This document shows positions 23,978-34,981 of a stretch of 64,000 nucleotides of DNA, piece by piece. Numbering within the stretch: position 1 is the stretch's first letter; each line of letters begins with the position of its first letter. The DNA is from a virus. The notes beneath the pieces are model-generated. The model was not told the DNA's origin. It worked only from the letters and a program-made list of their open reading frames with translations, and ran no database searches. The position numbers and the translations under genes are program-made. The stretch lies in the IMG/VR virus record IMGVR_UViG_3300032050_010539; one strand, given 5' to 3'.

Positions 23978-25084
23978 ATGTCTATCCACAACGTTTGGCA
24001 GGCTCTCCCTGGAGCGCGTAAGCCGATCTACGATACGCTGTATGTGTTGGGTGGGGTAACTACCACCCCCACCGCAGCTGTACAGGCCTCTCCTAACGAG
24101 GACACGATTAACTTCACTGGTGGAACCATCGAGTTCGATGGTATCCCTATTTCTCTCAATGGCTTATCTCTTGATTTCGGCGCTCTTGGTTCTCTTGTAG
24201 CAGAGGGACAGCGCTTTGTAATTAGCGCAGTACCTAGTTACTTAGAGCCGGCTGATAAAACTGCTGCTGTCACCGCTGGCGTCAATTACTTCGTTAACTA
24301 CGATGCTAATCTTGAGGCCTACGCTGAGGTATTCATCAGCCCCGCTGCCGAGGCTGCTGTAGCTGCTCTTGGTGGTATCGATAATGTGCGTAACCGCGTA
24401 TTCAAGGGATCGGCTAGCGCAGCTGATATTGTAGCCTTCAACAATTACGAAGAAGAGCGCGCTAAGAGTACCAGCCGTCCTTATGCTCCTTATCCTCTCG
24501 TTCCTTCTGGCGTGCGCCTAGTTCTCAAGGAAGTAATTCCCCAGACCAATGCAGCATCCCAGAATCTCTTAGAGAACATCACCTCTACTGGATTTCTCGA
24601 GTTGAGCGCTCAGGTACCTGAGTTCCCTGCAGTCCGTAAGGTATTTACTAAGGCCGAGGCTGTAGCTCGCTACAACACTGTTGGTAAATCCTTCTTAATT
24701 AAGCCCGGCACTGCGTTCCATTATGCTAACGTTGGCAACGCTAACTCTGGTACCGCGGGCACCGCGGTTGCTGACATCAGTAACATCAACGCTGCCTCTG
24801 GTACTCACGTCTCTGTGTTTGAGTATTACATGCCCAGCACTACTGCGTCTGCTCAGACTGGTAGCGAACCAGCTATCCAGCGCGTATTAACTCGTTCTGA
24901 CTCTGCATTACTAGGCCGTATCAATCCTATCTACTTAGCAAATGAGGCTCCTATGCGTAAGGTCGGAAAACCAGGTGACTCTCGCCTGACTAAATGGGCT
25001 GATCCCACTGACCTAGTTGAAGTGACTGTAGGCCCATCTGATGCTCTCACTATCTCCCGCACTATCTACAGAAGCCTAGTCTAG
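23978..25084 (+). CDS. Second major head/decoration protein
   Basis: 368 aa, Ala/Thr-rich, strongly biased codons, followed by a terminator. Confidence 0.7.
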   Translation: MSIHNVWQALPGARKPIYDTLYVLGGVTTTPTAAVQASPNEDTINFTGGTIEFDGIPISLNGLSLDFGALGSLVAEGQRFVISAVPSYLEPADKTAAVTAGVNYFVNYDANLEAYAEVFISPAAEAAVAALGGIDNVRNRVFKGSASAADIVAFNNYEEERAKSTSRPYAPYPLVPSGVRLVLKEVIPQTNAASQNLLENITSTGFLELSAQVPEFPAVRKVFTKAEAVARYNTVGKSFLIKPGTAFHYANVGNANSGTAGTAVADISNINAASGTHVSVFEYYMPSTTASAQTGSEPAIQRVLTRSDSALLGRINPIYLANEAPMRKVGKPGDSRLTKWADPTDLVEVTVGPSDALTISRTIYRSLV

Positions 25085-25097
25085 TAGTGCGATGCCT

Positions 25098-25133
25098 ATA
25101 TAAAACGCTAGGAGAAATCCTAGCGTTTTATAT
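25098..25133. terminator. Intrinsic terminator (possibly bidirectional)
   Basis: ATATAAAACGCTAGGA-GAAA-TCCTAGCGTTTTATAT, perfect 16-bp stem. Confidence 0.85.
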
Positions 25134-25177
25134 TATGGAATGTGTTAAATTGTATATGATATCCATTTTCCAAATAT

Positions 25178-25810
25178 ATGACTACATTAGTACTGACCAT
25201 CCTAAGTCCTTTTGACTATGAGTTCGGGGGCAAAAGTCGCGCTTACTTCACAGGAGATAGACCTCACTTTGACCTTAATGATGTACAGGCGAAAGAGGAG
25301 CTCAAGTTTCTAGTTAGCCCGCAGTCTATTCATCTGGATTACTTCTATCTCGATGAGTATCAACAGGGCTATAAGGAATTAATGGATGAAGTAAACCGCG
25401 AGGGCGCTAACTACGATTACATTGAAGGCGAGGTTACCCACGGCGTCTCTACTCAAGAAGAGAGTGTTATCAGTTACGAAGTATATGATATCCCGGTGGG
25501 TTTACCGGGAGAGCCTCTAGTACCTATTGAAGAGAAGGCTCCTGAGTTAGGAGAGTCTGGTATGCCTCCCGTAGAGCCTGAGATTTACGATGAGGATGAT
25601 GACGAGACTACGGTATTCCTGACAGCAGATGGAAAGGAAATTGAGGTTAGCACCGTTAATAGCCCTACCTTCATTAATGCTGCTAATTTAGATAGACGAG
25701 CCCAATTAGAAAAACTGACATCTGACAAAATCAAGGATATAGCTGTAGAAAAGGGTATTCGTTTCATAGGTAAGGCGCGTACTATTGATGCTCTAATGAA
25801 CCTTGAGTAA
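25178..25810 (+). CDS. Acidic hypothetical protein with C-terminal HeH/Rho-N-like motif
   Basis: LEKLTSDKIKDIAVEKGI..KARTIDAL at the C-terminus. Confidence 0.6.
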   Translation: MTTLVLTILSPFDYEFGGKSRAYFTGDRPHFDLNDVQAKEELKFLVSPQSIHLDYFYLDEYQQGYKELMDEVNREGANYDYIEGEVTHGVSTQEESVISYEVYDIPVGLPGEPLVPIEEKAPELGESGMPPVEPEIYDEDDDETTVFLTADGKEIEVSTVNSPTFINAANLDRRAQLEKLTSDKIKDIAVEKGIRFIGKARTIDALMNLE

Positions 25811-25822
25811 CCGGAGGTTACA

Positions 25823-27700
25823 TTGAACAGTTTTGGCCAGAGTGGTCCCATCCGCACCTATATAGAGACTAACCGCGAGGCATTCCTTGATATGGTAGTC
25901 TCTCACAGTGTTCTATTATCAGCCTATAGACGACGGCAGGATGAGGTAGTGGCTGTAGCGCTGCAACAGGCCTATCCGCGCATGGGCTTGATACTGAGCG
26001 CAGCCCGCGCTCTGGATAACACGTATCTATTCGGCGATACATATCCCATAGTATTCCAGCGAGTAGTCGAGATACTCAGCGATTCTAGCGGCCCATTCCA
26101 AGAGGGTCTACTGGCCATAGCAGCTACTCTCACTGCTAGTCGTCTAATAGCCTCCATTCCTATTGATGCTAATGTTAAGAATATAACGCTAGCGGAGAAT
26201 TTAGAGAAGGCGGCTATAACCGATCTAGAGCGTATCATAACTCTCTATAAGGATGGTTTAGTATCAGGAGACGGGGCACGTGAGCTAGATACTGATAAGG
26301 AGCGTACTCTCTACTTTGCACTTAACCTCAACCTAGACTCACTATCCTATACTGACTTCACATCTATCAATCTAGATACGAGCCGGCCCAACTCACCAGT
26401 ACGACAGTTAGAGACACTACATATAGATAGCGATAACTATAGCTATGTATATCTCTACTTATCTAATAAAACGGGCCCCACCGATGGATACGTAGTAAGT
26501 AACTCTAGTGCAGTAGAAGTCATAGTGCCTATGGTAGATGGCTATACTATTCACGACGTCATATCTAGTGTTACTATGGCTATTAATAATGCTACGCTAG
26601 GCGCACTAGACTGCACCAACCTATTGGTGGGCCCTAATAGTAAGAGGCCCCGCTCTGTGCAACTAGACATAGATAGTAAGAGTTATTTCCCGAATGAATT
26701 ACCTAAGCGCACGAGGGCCTCTGTATGGTTCGAGACGGTAGGTATGAGCCTGGGAGTACGGCGCCACGATGCTACTATTGGTAAAGAGCTGGTGATAATG
26801 TCGGCCCATACTATAGCGCTAAGCGCTATATTACCAGGCTATCTAGGCGGGTGGACCGCAGGCTCTACATACGCTATTGGTAATGTAGTCAGATATAATG
26901 GCCTATTCTACCGAGCGCTAGTAGCAGGTCTAAATACAGCTCCTCCCAGTGCACAGTGGGAAGTTGTTACTATAACACCTGCCACGGCTATAACGGCCCG
27001 TACCTCTAGTGAGTATCACATCCCAGGGCTACTCCATAGTACGGGACCCGACTTTAGTTCTATGGGGGAATGGGGGAGTCGTTCTCTTATACTCGAGGTC
27101 AAGGAGGGCAATTATAAGGCTATGGAGCCCACACCGACTACCGATTATGAGCTCAATACGTTTTACTTCAGAACTACGGGCCCCTTAGAAGGAACCGTAC
27201 GGCTTCGTATTAGTAGTAGTCAGCCTACGGAAGAAAGTTATACATTCTTAGATACGGACGATACATTACTCATAGAGGTAAATGGTTTAACACCTATGGC
27301 ACTAGTAGAGTCTCTACTACAGGCTACATACTCTATAAGCCCTTACACTGGGGTACTAGGCGCTATACATATTGATAGAGATGGCGTGCCGGGCATAACC
27401 TTCACGTCTTTCAGAGAGTCAGCTCTTGAGATAAGAGAGATAATCGATCTACTAGCAGGAGATGATGGCTTCCCTAGCAAACTCGAGGTAGGAGTAGGGG
27501 ATGAGGTAGCCAATAGATCAGCTTATACAACAAACCCCCGCTCTCTAATTATAATGGCTAAGAAGCAGGATAACTTGAATGAGAATAGGGCCGCCATACT
27601 AGACCCTAATAAGAAGAGCGGTAAGGTAGTTAGAGTAACTACAGGAGATATGAGCCCGCGCCTCCAGGATGTATTTGACCGTCTCAGGAGACTAAAATGA
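25823..27700 (+). CDS. Putative head-tail/neck protein with CBM5/12-like carbohydrate-binding module
   Basis: WTAGSTYAIGNVVRYNGLFYRA..PPSAQW; GGAGG RBS before TTG; lies between head and sheath genes. Confidence 0.55.
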   Translation: MNSFGQSGPIRTYIETNREAFLDMVVSHSVLLSAYRRRQDEVVAVALQQAYPRMGLILSAARALDNTYLFGDTYPIVFQRVVEILSDSSGPFQEGLLAIAATLTASRLIASIPIDANVKNITLAENLEKAAITDLERIITLYKDGLVSGDGARELDTDKERTLYFALNLNLDSLSYTDFTSINLDTSRPNSPVRQLETLHIDSDNYSYVYLYLSNKTGPTDGYVVSNSSAVEVIVPMVDGYTIHDVISSVTMAINNATLGALDCTNLLVGPNSKRPRSVQLDIDSKSYFPNELPKRTRASVWFETVGMSLGVRRHDATIGKELVIMSAHTIALSAILPGYLGGWTAGSTYAIGNVVRYNGLFYRALVAGLNTAPPSAQWEVVTITPATAITARTSSEYHIPGLLHSTGPDFSSMGEWGSRSLILEVKEGNYKAMEPTPTTDYELNTFYFRTTGPLEGTVRLRISSSQPTEESYTFLDTDDTLLIEVNGLTPMALVESLLQATYSISPYTGVLGAIHIDRDGVPGITFTSFRESALEIREIIDLLAGDDGFPSKLEVGVGDEVANRSAYTTNPRSLIIMAKKQDNLNENRAAILDPNKKSGKVVRVTTGDMSPRLQDVFDRLRRLK

Positions 27701-28395
27701 CAGATCTCAGGATAGAGAACTCACTATACGACATCAGCCGTCGTCTATTCACATATTTATCTAATCACCCTCTACTCTACTACCCATTAGTAAAGCACCC
27801 TGTCACTGGAGACGTAGTGAATATAGAGTACTGGAGACAGGCAGCGGGACTAGCTACACAGCCGGGCCTCATTTGTTCTATATTCCCTAATAACGAATCG
27901 GAGACTAGCACCCCTCATAGCTCTATAGGTTATGAGGTTAGTAGTGTATATAAACCCCATACTATGGGAGGAATGGGGGGCTATGAACAGGCCTGCTTTA
28001 ACTTCATAATACGGTTCTCTATGCAAGAGGTTAGCTTCGATGATCTTGATATAGAAGAGTGTCCTATACTTATAACTGATAATTTAGAGCCGCGCCTGCA
28101 AGAACCCATAGTATCTACTGCTAGGCTGGCTATTAGTCCTCCACTAGCTATTATCAGTAACTACATGGAGCTAACGCGCCTTGCATTATACGATAATGAA
28201 CACAGCGTAGCGCTACCAGGCGATAATATACAGGTATTGAGTAGTAATTACTCAACTAGTAAATGGGAGGACAGTGGTAACGTTTACTTTCATCAGGGTA
28301 GTCTATTAATAGCTCTAGATAGTTACGTCAGCAAGGGCTGGCGGGATAGATTAAGACAACCCCTAGAGAGATTTATCATATTAGGTCCTACTTGA
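27697..28395 (+). CDS. Putative tail completion/terminator protein
   Basis: 232 aa immediately before the sheath; call is from position only. Confidence 0.45.
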   Translation: MTDLRIENSLYDISRRLFTYLSNHPLLYYPLVKHPVTGDVVNIEYWRQAAGLATQPGLICSIFPNNESETSTPHSSIGYEVSSVYKPHTMGGMGGYEQACFNFIIRFSMQEVSFDDLDIEECPILITDNLEPRLQEPIVSTARLAISPPLAIISNYMELTRLALYDNEHSVALPGDNIQVLSSNYSTSKWEDSGNVYFHQGSLLIALDSYVSKGWRDRLRQPLERFIILGPT

Positions 28396-28446
28396 GTCTA
28401 TCTAATAACTGATAAGACTACTAAGTCCCTATGGATATATAGATAA

Positions 28447-30771
28447 ATGGCTCGCGCCCCCTTTATAGAATTTCAAGATAGCAATGTAGGTTTAGCCTTG
28501 CCGCGGCCGAACGTATTGAATCGGATTGCCATCATAGACCGATTTAATCGAGGGCCGGCTAACCTCCTGACCTACATTGGTAACTTCTCAGACTTTGCGA
28601 ATCGCTATGGCTCCGACACTAGTCCAGGTTCATTACAATACCAGGTTGTATATGATCAATTCACTAATCCAGATGATGCTAACATTGCCCTAGTACGAGT
28701 TACTGGTCGGGGCCGCCCTGCTTCTGCGTCCCTCACATTCTCTGGTGTAGCGGGAGTTAATAACACTCTCAATATCCACACCAATTTCGTGGGAGAGGTC
28801 ATTGCTCGCGAGGATGGAGCCGCTGATATAGTGTGGCCTATGCTCACTAATACTACCGTAGCGCCTGTAGTCAATAATAAAGAAACGGTAACTGCAGAGG
28901 GCCCGTATACTGGTTCTACCAGTGGCCGATACTTCCTTCGTGTTGATGATGTCGATGCTGGTGTAGCTACTATTAAATGGCAGTTTGTACCACTGGGTCA
29001 GAATCCACTTAACTGGGCGGCTGTCACTACGGATATTGATGTTAATATCGCTGCTGGTGTAGATAGTTCTAGTAACATTCTCATTTCACTAATTAGTAGT
29101 AACATCAGAGTTCGCTTCGGCACTGTAGCCGGTGCGGCCCTCAATCTAGTAGAAGGTAATAGCTGGAGTATTAGAGTTAATAAATATGTAGTCCCTGTGC
29201 CTATCTCTAGTGGCGACCTACCTAACCAGATTGTCACTAGTCTGATCAGTGCCTCTGTAGGTGTGGAGCCTTTTGGTGAGATTACTCGTAATGTTGAGGA
29301 CAACGGAGTAGTCATTCAATTAGAGCCCTCCCTCACTGGTTCTATCAGCAATCGCTTCTCGTTCTACGTAACGACAAACGATAACACTGCTAATAGAGGT
29401 TTTACCGCTAGTCCTGCATTAGTCACTACTATTCCGGATCCCGTTACTCATTTCACTTCGTTCCAGGGCGGATTGGATGGTCCTCGTAGTGCATTCCGTG
29501 ATTTCTATACCTTCAATGGTACCCCTCTCCTACGCCTCCAAGCAGTCAGTGAGGGTAGCTGGGGTAATCAAGTTACGGTTAGTATCTATCCTGTGAGTAA
29601 TAGCGAGTTTCGCCTTACTGTACGAGACCTAAGTGGTAGTGCCTTCGACCCACCTCTCGCTGATGAAGTTTACACTGTTAAGCTGGAGGATACAAACGAA
29701 TCAGGTGAATTAAATGCACTCCTCGATTCGAAGTTTATCCGAGGCTTCTTCTTACCTAAGTCCATCGACTCGATTAATTACGACGCCGCTCTAGTACGTC
29801 AGTCACCGCTGAGAGTAGCCCCGCCCGACGAGAGTGAGACTGATGTTGAGAACCCTACCCACGTGGATTTCTATGGTCCTAATGTGTTAGTGAATGTGAC
29901 ACTAGAGAATGGCTACGACGGGCCTCCTGTAACTAATGATGACTATGTCAGCATCATCCGTACTCTAGAGAACCAACCTGTGCATATTCTTCTAGTGGGC
30001 ACTACTAACGTAGGTGTTCAGCAGGCTCTTATTACTGAAGCCGAACGTGCTCGTGATAGTGATGGCCTTCGTATTGCAGTATTAGCTGCTCCTCCGCGCA
30101 CTACCCCTTCTCTGGCCGCCAATATTACACGTGGATTCAACTCCACCCGTGCGGTTATGGTGGCAGGCTGGTTTACGTACGCTGGCCAACCTAATAGTAG
30201 TCGCTATGGTGTGCCTGGTGCTGCTGTTTACGCAGGTAAATTAGCTGCTATTGACTTCTTCGTCAGTCCCGCAGCGCGGTCTCTTGTCGGGCCCCTCTTT
30301 AACATCATAGAGTCTGATACGGATAACTATGCTAGCCGCAGCAATCAGGACATTTATTCAGCTGCGCGGTTAGAGGTACTGACTCTGGATACAGTTGATC
30401 GTACCTACCGCTTTGCTAGTGGTGTTACACTATCTACTGATCCTGCATGGGAGCGTATATACTTACGCCGGGCTCACGACGTTGTTAGGCAAGGGGCGCA
30501 CGCTATCCTACGGAATTATGTGGCTATGCCTAATAGTCGTTTAGTCCGTAATCAGATAGCCGCCGCTCTTAATGCCTTTATGGGCGAGCTCAAGCGGAAT
30601 GGCAGCATTGTTAGCTTCCGGCCTGCCATTATCGATAGCAACAATAATAGCGCAGCGTCTTACTTTAGCCGCGAACTATACGTTAGTTTACAATTCCAGC
30701 CCCTTTATAGCGCGGATTATATCTACGTGACGATTAGCCGCGACACAGAATCCAGTCCCTTAGGCGAGTAA
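28447..30771 (+). CDS. Contractile tail sheath protein
   Basis: DRFNRGPAN..F..RYG, EGSWGN.V.V, LENGYDG, WERIYLRR and FQPLYSADYIYV sheath signatures; 774 aa. Confidence 0.92.
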   Translation: MARAPFIEFQDSNVGLALPRPNVLNRIAIIDRFNRGPANLLTYIGNFSDFANRYGSDTSPGSLQYQVVYDQFTNPDDANIALVRVTGRGRPASASLTFSGVAGVNNTLNIHTNFVGEVIAREDGAADIVWPMLTNTTVAPVVNNKETVTAEGPYTGSTSGRYFLRVDDVDAGVATIKWQFVPLGQNPLNWAAVTTDIDVNIAAGVDSSSNILISLISSNIRVRFGTVAGAALNLVEGNSWSIRVNKYVVPVPISSGDLPNQIVTSLISASVGVEPFGEITRNVEDNGVVIQLEPSLTGSISNRFSFYVTTNDNTANRGFTASPALVTTIPDPVTHFTSFQGGLDGPRSAFRDFYTFNGTPLLRLQAVSEGSWGNQVTVSIYPVSNSEFRLTVRDLSGSAFDPPLADEVYTVKLEDTNESGELNALLDSKFIRGFFLPKSIDSINYDAALVRQSPLRVAPPDESETDVENPTHVDFYGPNVLVNVTLENGYDGPPVTNDDYVSIIRTLENQPVHILLVGTTNVGVQQALITEAERARDSDGLRIAVLAAPPRTTPSLAANITRGFNSTRAVMVAGWFTYAGQPNSSRYGVPGAAVYAGKLAAIDFFVSPAARSLVGPLFNIIESDTDNYASRSNQDIYSAARLEVLTLDTVDRTYRFASGVTLSTDPAWERIYLRRAHDVVRQGAHAILRNYVAMPNSRLVRNQIAAALNAFMGELKRNGSIVSFRPAIIDSNNNSAASYFSRELYVSLQFQPLYSADYIYVTISRDTESSPLGE

Positions 30772-30775
30772 TATA

Positions 30776-31486
30776 ATGTCATCTAAAGATGCTCTTTTCC
30801 TCACTCCTGCTGTCAATAACTTTGGTCTCGATCCCTTTAGTGGGTTTGACTTCGAGGTCTGGGTTAATGACACTAGTAGCGGACAGATTGCCTGGTTCGG
30901 TAAGTTCCAGTCCCTGACGCTCAGTATTAGAAATTCAACTGAGACCTATTTAGAATTAGGCCAACGCGTACCTGTCTATCTAGACGGGGAATTTAACATC
31001 GCGTGGGTACTAGAACAAGGTTTAGTTGATGGTGAATTTATGGGCCGCACGTTCGGCACTAATGAAATTGGTCGTGATCAAGTACTAGGTCGGAGCCCCC
31101 GGTTCCAGATTACCTTCGATGCTAATGCAGCTGAGTTAGTATCTTCACCCCTAACTCGTAGTGGAACAGATAGCCGTAGATTAGGATCCCTTGACTTCTG
31201 GAATATCGATTCTAATGTCGATAACCAGAGTGGCATTGAGTTCCCTTCTAATAGTGCTGCTAGTCGTAATCGTAGGGCGAAATTCAGATATGAAATAACT
31301 AGATGCAAGGTAGATAACTACAGCGTCGGCTTCATGCCTGGTCGACGCGTACCTGCACAACGTTGGGAGGGTGTAGCTGAAGGTATTCGGTATATTCCTG
31401 AATCTGTTCAGCAGTTCAAAAACAATACTCGTCCTATATCTGTGGGAAGCTCTTCTTCATCGTTTGGGAATAGTATTACACAATAA
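30776..31486 (+). CDS. Tail tube protein
   Basis: DPFSGFDFEV..GKFQSL..E.G..L.G..I.L.QG (T4 gp19-like pattern); follows the sheath. Confidence 0.8.
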   Translation: MSSKDALFLTPAVNNFGLDPFSGFDFEVWVNDTSSGQIAWFGKFQSLTLSIRNSTETYLELGQRVPVYLDGEFNIAWVLEQGLVDGEFMGRTFGTNEIGRDQVLGRSPRFQITFDANAAELVSSPLTRSGTDSRRLGSLDFWNIDSNVDNQSGIEFPSNSAASRNRRAKFRYEITRCKVDNYSVGFMPGRRVPAQRWEGVAEGIRYIPESVQQFKNNTRPISVGSSSSSFGNSITQ

Positions 31487-31507
31487 TCCCACATTCTCTC
31501 CGCTCAT

Positions 31508-31537
31508 GGGACTCAGGATTTCCTGAGTCCCTTTTTT
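31508..31537 (+). terminator. Intrinsic terminator
   Basis: GGGACTCAGG-ATTT-CCTGAGTCCC followed by T6. Confidence 0.9.
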
Positions 31538-31544
31538 ATTAATT

Positions 31545-33416
31545 ATGCGTCCTAAGACACCTGCTGCAGTAATAACGCTGGCCACAGCTGTTAGTGATAT
31601 ACAACCTATATTATTTGGCACTCAGATATGCGCTACTGATATAAACAAGAGTCGCTGGACTGTACGCGCCGTAGATGTTATAATCAATGCCGATAACTGG
31701 AATATAAATAGAGCTCGCGTAACGCTAACCGTACCAGATGCACCAGGATTACTACCAGCGCTACCTGATGTTAGTAAGTACAGGGGCGGGCGCTACCCCT
31801 ACCTCAGCGAGGAGGATGAGATTCGAATTTACATGGGGATGGTAGGGTCAGATAAGCAGGTACTGGATATCAGTAATCTATCTGATATACCATTTCCTAT
31901 ACCAGATACAGATATGAAACCGAAGGAGGGCGCTACTCTATTCCCTGTATTCTGGGGCTTCATTGAGAAGGTAGAGGTAACGGCTGATGCTAATACAGGT
32001 GTGCAGGTAGTGCTATCGTGTCAAGATCGTATGAGGCTACTACACAACACACGTGTTCTATCTAACCCAGATACCTTATTCAGTGCCCCCACACCAGAAC
32101 AGAAGGGCGATAGAGCCCTCATACTGCGTAAGATACTGAACTTTGCAGTAGGTTACTCCCCTATTGAAACAGAGAGCGGCCCGCAGGTAGCCAGCTGCTG
32201 GAAGGAGTTCAAGGAGGGTATGACTGTACGCGGCTACGACATAGGAGCAGATGGTAAGATAGAATACTTATTCGCTAATAAACTAATAGCCGGAGATGCG
32301 AGTAATTCTGAGGTTAAGATTATACAGGACATGAATAAGCTTACGCCAGGCGAAGAGCTAGTAGATGCGCCGCGTTGGACACGGGCTGCTATGTTCACGC
32401 CTATGAGCCCAGGAGGTAACCCCCGTACTCATATATGGTTACAGCGCCCGCCTATCGAGCAGGGACAGAACCGCGGGGTATTCAACTTCATTAATGAGAG
32501 CCCCGCTGATATAATACAAGCAGCGTTTCTACTCAAGGAGGAGCGCGTAGTAGACGCCTCATTCAGCCATATCAATGGTGATTTTATAATAGCGCCTAAT
32601 AGCGGCGATACTAGTGGCTTCCAAGATCCCAATAGGCTGTATAGAACCTATTTCTTCCGCAGCCTACCGGCGGGTCTTAACATATGTCCTGATGAGAGAC
32701 AGCGCATACTCTCCATGCGGGTAGTAAGTAGTAGTATAGCCACAACTAACCGCTTTATAGTAACTGATGATGGAGGTAATGGCGCATCTGATTCATTCAA
32801 TGATGCCATCGAGGTTACATTACAGGCCACGCCCTATAAGTACGCTAATAGAAATCCTCCTATTGCATGTAGGGCCACTGTCGTTGAGGATAAGAACCTA
32901 AGCGCCTATACTGACGCAGGCATCAGTAAAGAGACAGGGGCTTTATTAGTTGGTTTAGGTATGGCCCGCCGTACCAGTAGAGATATTAGCACGATACAAA
33001 TCACGATAGTAGGGGACCCCACCTGGTATCCGAATGAGATGTTTCAGGTGTATAATACATTAATACACGATAGGCAGATTATATCAGCATATGATTCTAT
33101 AGCAGAGGAGAGTGCTATGCACGCTACTAAGAAGGAGTTGAGTAATCTATCAGCGCGCATGCGAGAGCACGTAGCAAGTAGCCCCTCGGCGCGGGCCGTG
33201 CCCTTTCCTGATGGCAGTGATATACTAACACGGTACGTAGGTGCCCACGTCAATGCCACTGATGATAACTATGCTGATCCTAATAGTGGCCGCATAGTCA
33301 GCAATGTAGACGCTAATCTAGCTAACGCGGTACTACCGAAGTACAAGGTACGCTCGATTCGTCATAAGTTAACACACAGAGATTACACTACTACTATTCA
33401 AGGAAGCGCTGATTAA
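31545..33416 (+). CDS. Baseplate hub protein (gp27/gpD-like)
   Basis: EIRIYMG, VFWGFIEKV, SCQDRM, IVGDP and YKVRSIRHKL..YTTTI hub-type motifs. Confidence 0.65.
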   Translation: MRPKTPAAVITLATAVSDIQPILFGTQICATDINKSRWTVRAVDVIINADNWNINRARVTLTVPDAPGLLPALPDVSKYRGGRYPYLSEEDEIRIYMGMVGSDKQVLDISNLSDIPFPIPDTDMKPKEGATLFPVFWGFIEKVEVTADANTGVQVVLSCQDRMRLLHNTRVLSNPDTLFSAPTPEQKGDRALILRKILNFAVGYSPIETESGPQVASCWKEFKEGMTVRGYDIGADGKIEYLFANKLIAGDASNSEVKIIQDMNKLTPGEELVDAPRWTRAAMFTPMSPGGNPRTHIWLQRPPIEQGQNRGVFNFINESPADIIQAAFLLKEERVVDASFSHINGDFIIAPNSGDTSGFQDPNRLYRTYFFRSLPAGLNICPDERQRILSMRVVSSSIATTNRFIVTDDGGNGASDSFNDAIEVTLQATPYKYANRNPPIACRATVVEDKNLSAYTDAGISKETGALLVGLGMARRTSRDISTIQITIVGDPTWYPNEMFQVYNTLIHDRQIISAYDSIAEESAMHATKKELSNLSARMREHVASSPSARAVPFPDGSDILTRYVGAHVNATDDNYADPNSGRIVSNVDANLANAVLPKYKVRSIRHKLTHRDYTTTIQGSAD

Positions 33417-34981
33417 TGTTTGCTAATAATAATGGTGGCCTATACTCTGAGCCCTATTCCCATAAGTACAGTAAGAGCCAGTGGGGCATACAGCGCGGCA
33501 TAGTCCATAATATCACTAGGGAGGGCCGCCTAGGTAATTTCTGCTCGGTGCGCCTATTGAAGGGTATGATCCTGGATAACGTTAGGATGAGCGGCCCCTT
33601 TGGTCATAATGGGCTAGGCGTATACAACCCACTCGAGATAGGACAGCCAGTCCTAGTGGGCTTCAATGATGGGAAGATGGAGGATGCCTTCATCATAGGC
33701 GGATATACATCAGAGGGTAACTACGATAAGTTATACGTAGATGGTGATTTACAGAAGCCTAATCAGCGCGGCCCCGAGGGTCAGACATTCAACCAACCAC
33801 TAGGGCATCCTAATCGCATAACGCAGCCCAATGCCTTCTTCCACGTAACAGGCATCAATTCACTAGATACGGCGTATGATAGCCCTGATTACGGTTCACT
33901 AGCAGAGGCCTATGATAGACAACCCCGCCCCGGTGTTATAGAGATACGCAATGACGAAGGCACCCGCTCTCTCTATACAAGCGGAGAGAATATACTATTC
34001 AGTGATAGTAACATCTACCTGGTAGCTAACGGCGACCGCCGCAGCAGTGTCAATCACCTCCTGCAGCTATCAGCACGACACTGCGCCCGGGCGGATGGAC
34101 TAGAGAGAATGCAGGGTATCAAGCCTACATCGGCTACCACGAAGTCACTGCCTAGCGGCATAACACCTATGGTAACGGGGCAGGAGGAGGAGTCTGTATC
34201 TACGACTACTGCTATAACAGTTTCCTATCGTATACAAGAGGAGAGGCGGTTATGTCAGGCCTACCTAGAGGCTAGCCGCCAGAATTTACAACGACAGGCT
34301 GAGGGCATAGCGCGCGTTGAGGATAGTGCACAAGACATACCTACACAGAGGGAGCCTGAGGTATCTGATACATATAATGAAAGCCGTAAGAATGATAAGG
34401 ACTGGCAGAGTGCTACTAATAAGGAGCCTACTCGCTGGTTCATAACAGCCGGCCACCGCGACGGTGTATCAGGTACTAGTGGAGCTGCTGGCACACCTCT
34501 ACCCCAGGCCCCAGGTCAGTCGGCGGAGAGTTGGATGAATGAACAGGTTGTCAAGATAATGGAAAGACTAGCCCCCTCTTACGGTCTCCAACTATCTATA
34601 TTCTTACCACCAATAGGTACCTCCTGGCAATCAGTGTTAGATAGAGCCGTGCAGGAGAAGGCCAATGGCGCGGGTGTTCTAGAGATACACTTCGACGCAG
34701 GTGCGGCAGGAGAGTATAGGGGTTCCACTGGCGTCATACCTAGCCGTAAGGAAATACTACCATACGAGGATAGACTAGCTCAAACATTTGGCGCCTTCAC
34801 CAGAAATCACCGCAACGGCTTATACGGGCCCAATAGAGGAGTACCGCTAGTTGAGGTAGGAATATTAAATGCGCAGGTAGAGGCTCTAATGAGAGGAAAT
34901 GATACAGCAGCACAAAATGCCTATTTTGAAGAGAAGGCCCGTGCTGTTTTACAATCCCTGAAGGGGGGGGCACCAATATAA
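33416..34981 (+). CDS. Baseplate spike OB-fold fused to N-acetylmuramoyl-L-alanine amidase (Amidase_3)
   Basis: N-terminal G.G.YNPLEIGQPVLVGF..FIIG (gp5/VgrG OB fold); C-terminal ITAGH, E..N, LEIHFDA and LVEVG zinc-amidase motifs. Confidence 0.75.
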   Translation: MFANNNGGLYSEPYSHKYSKSQWGIQRGIVHNITREGRLGNFCSVRLLKGMILDNVRMSGPFGHNGLGVYNPLEIGQPVLVGFNDGKMEDAFIIGGYTSEGNYDKLYVDGDLQKPNQRGPEGQTFNQPLGHPNRITQPNAFFHVTGINSLDTAYDSPDYGSLAEAYDRQPRPGVIEIRNDEGTRSLYTSGENILFSDSNIYLVANGDRRSSVNHLLQLSARHCARADGLERMQGIKPTSATTKSLPSGITPMVTGQEEESVSTTTAITVSYRIQEERRLCQAYLEASRQNLQRQAEGIARVEDSAQDIPTQREPEVSDTYNESRKNDKDWQSATNKEPTRWFITAGHRDGVSGTSGAAGTPLPQAPGQSAESWMNEQVVKIMERLAPSYGLQLSIFLPPIGTSWQSVLDRAVQEKANGAGVLEIHFDAGAAGEYRGSTGVIPSRKEILPYEDRLAQTFGAFTRNHRNGLYGPNRGVPLVEVGILNAQVEALMRGNDTAAQNAYFEEKARAVLQSLKGGAPI

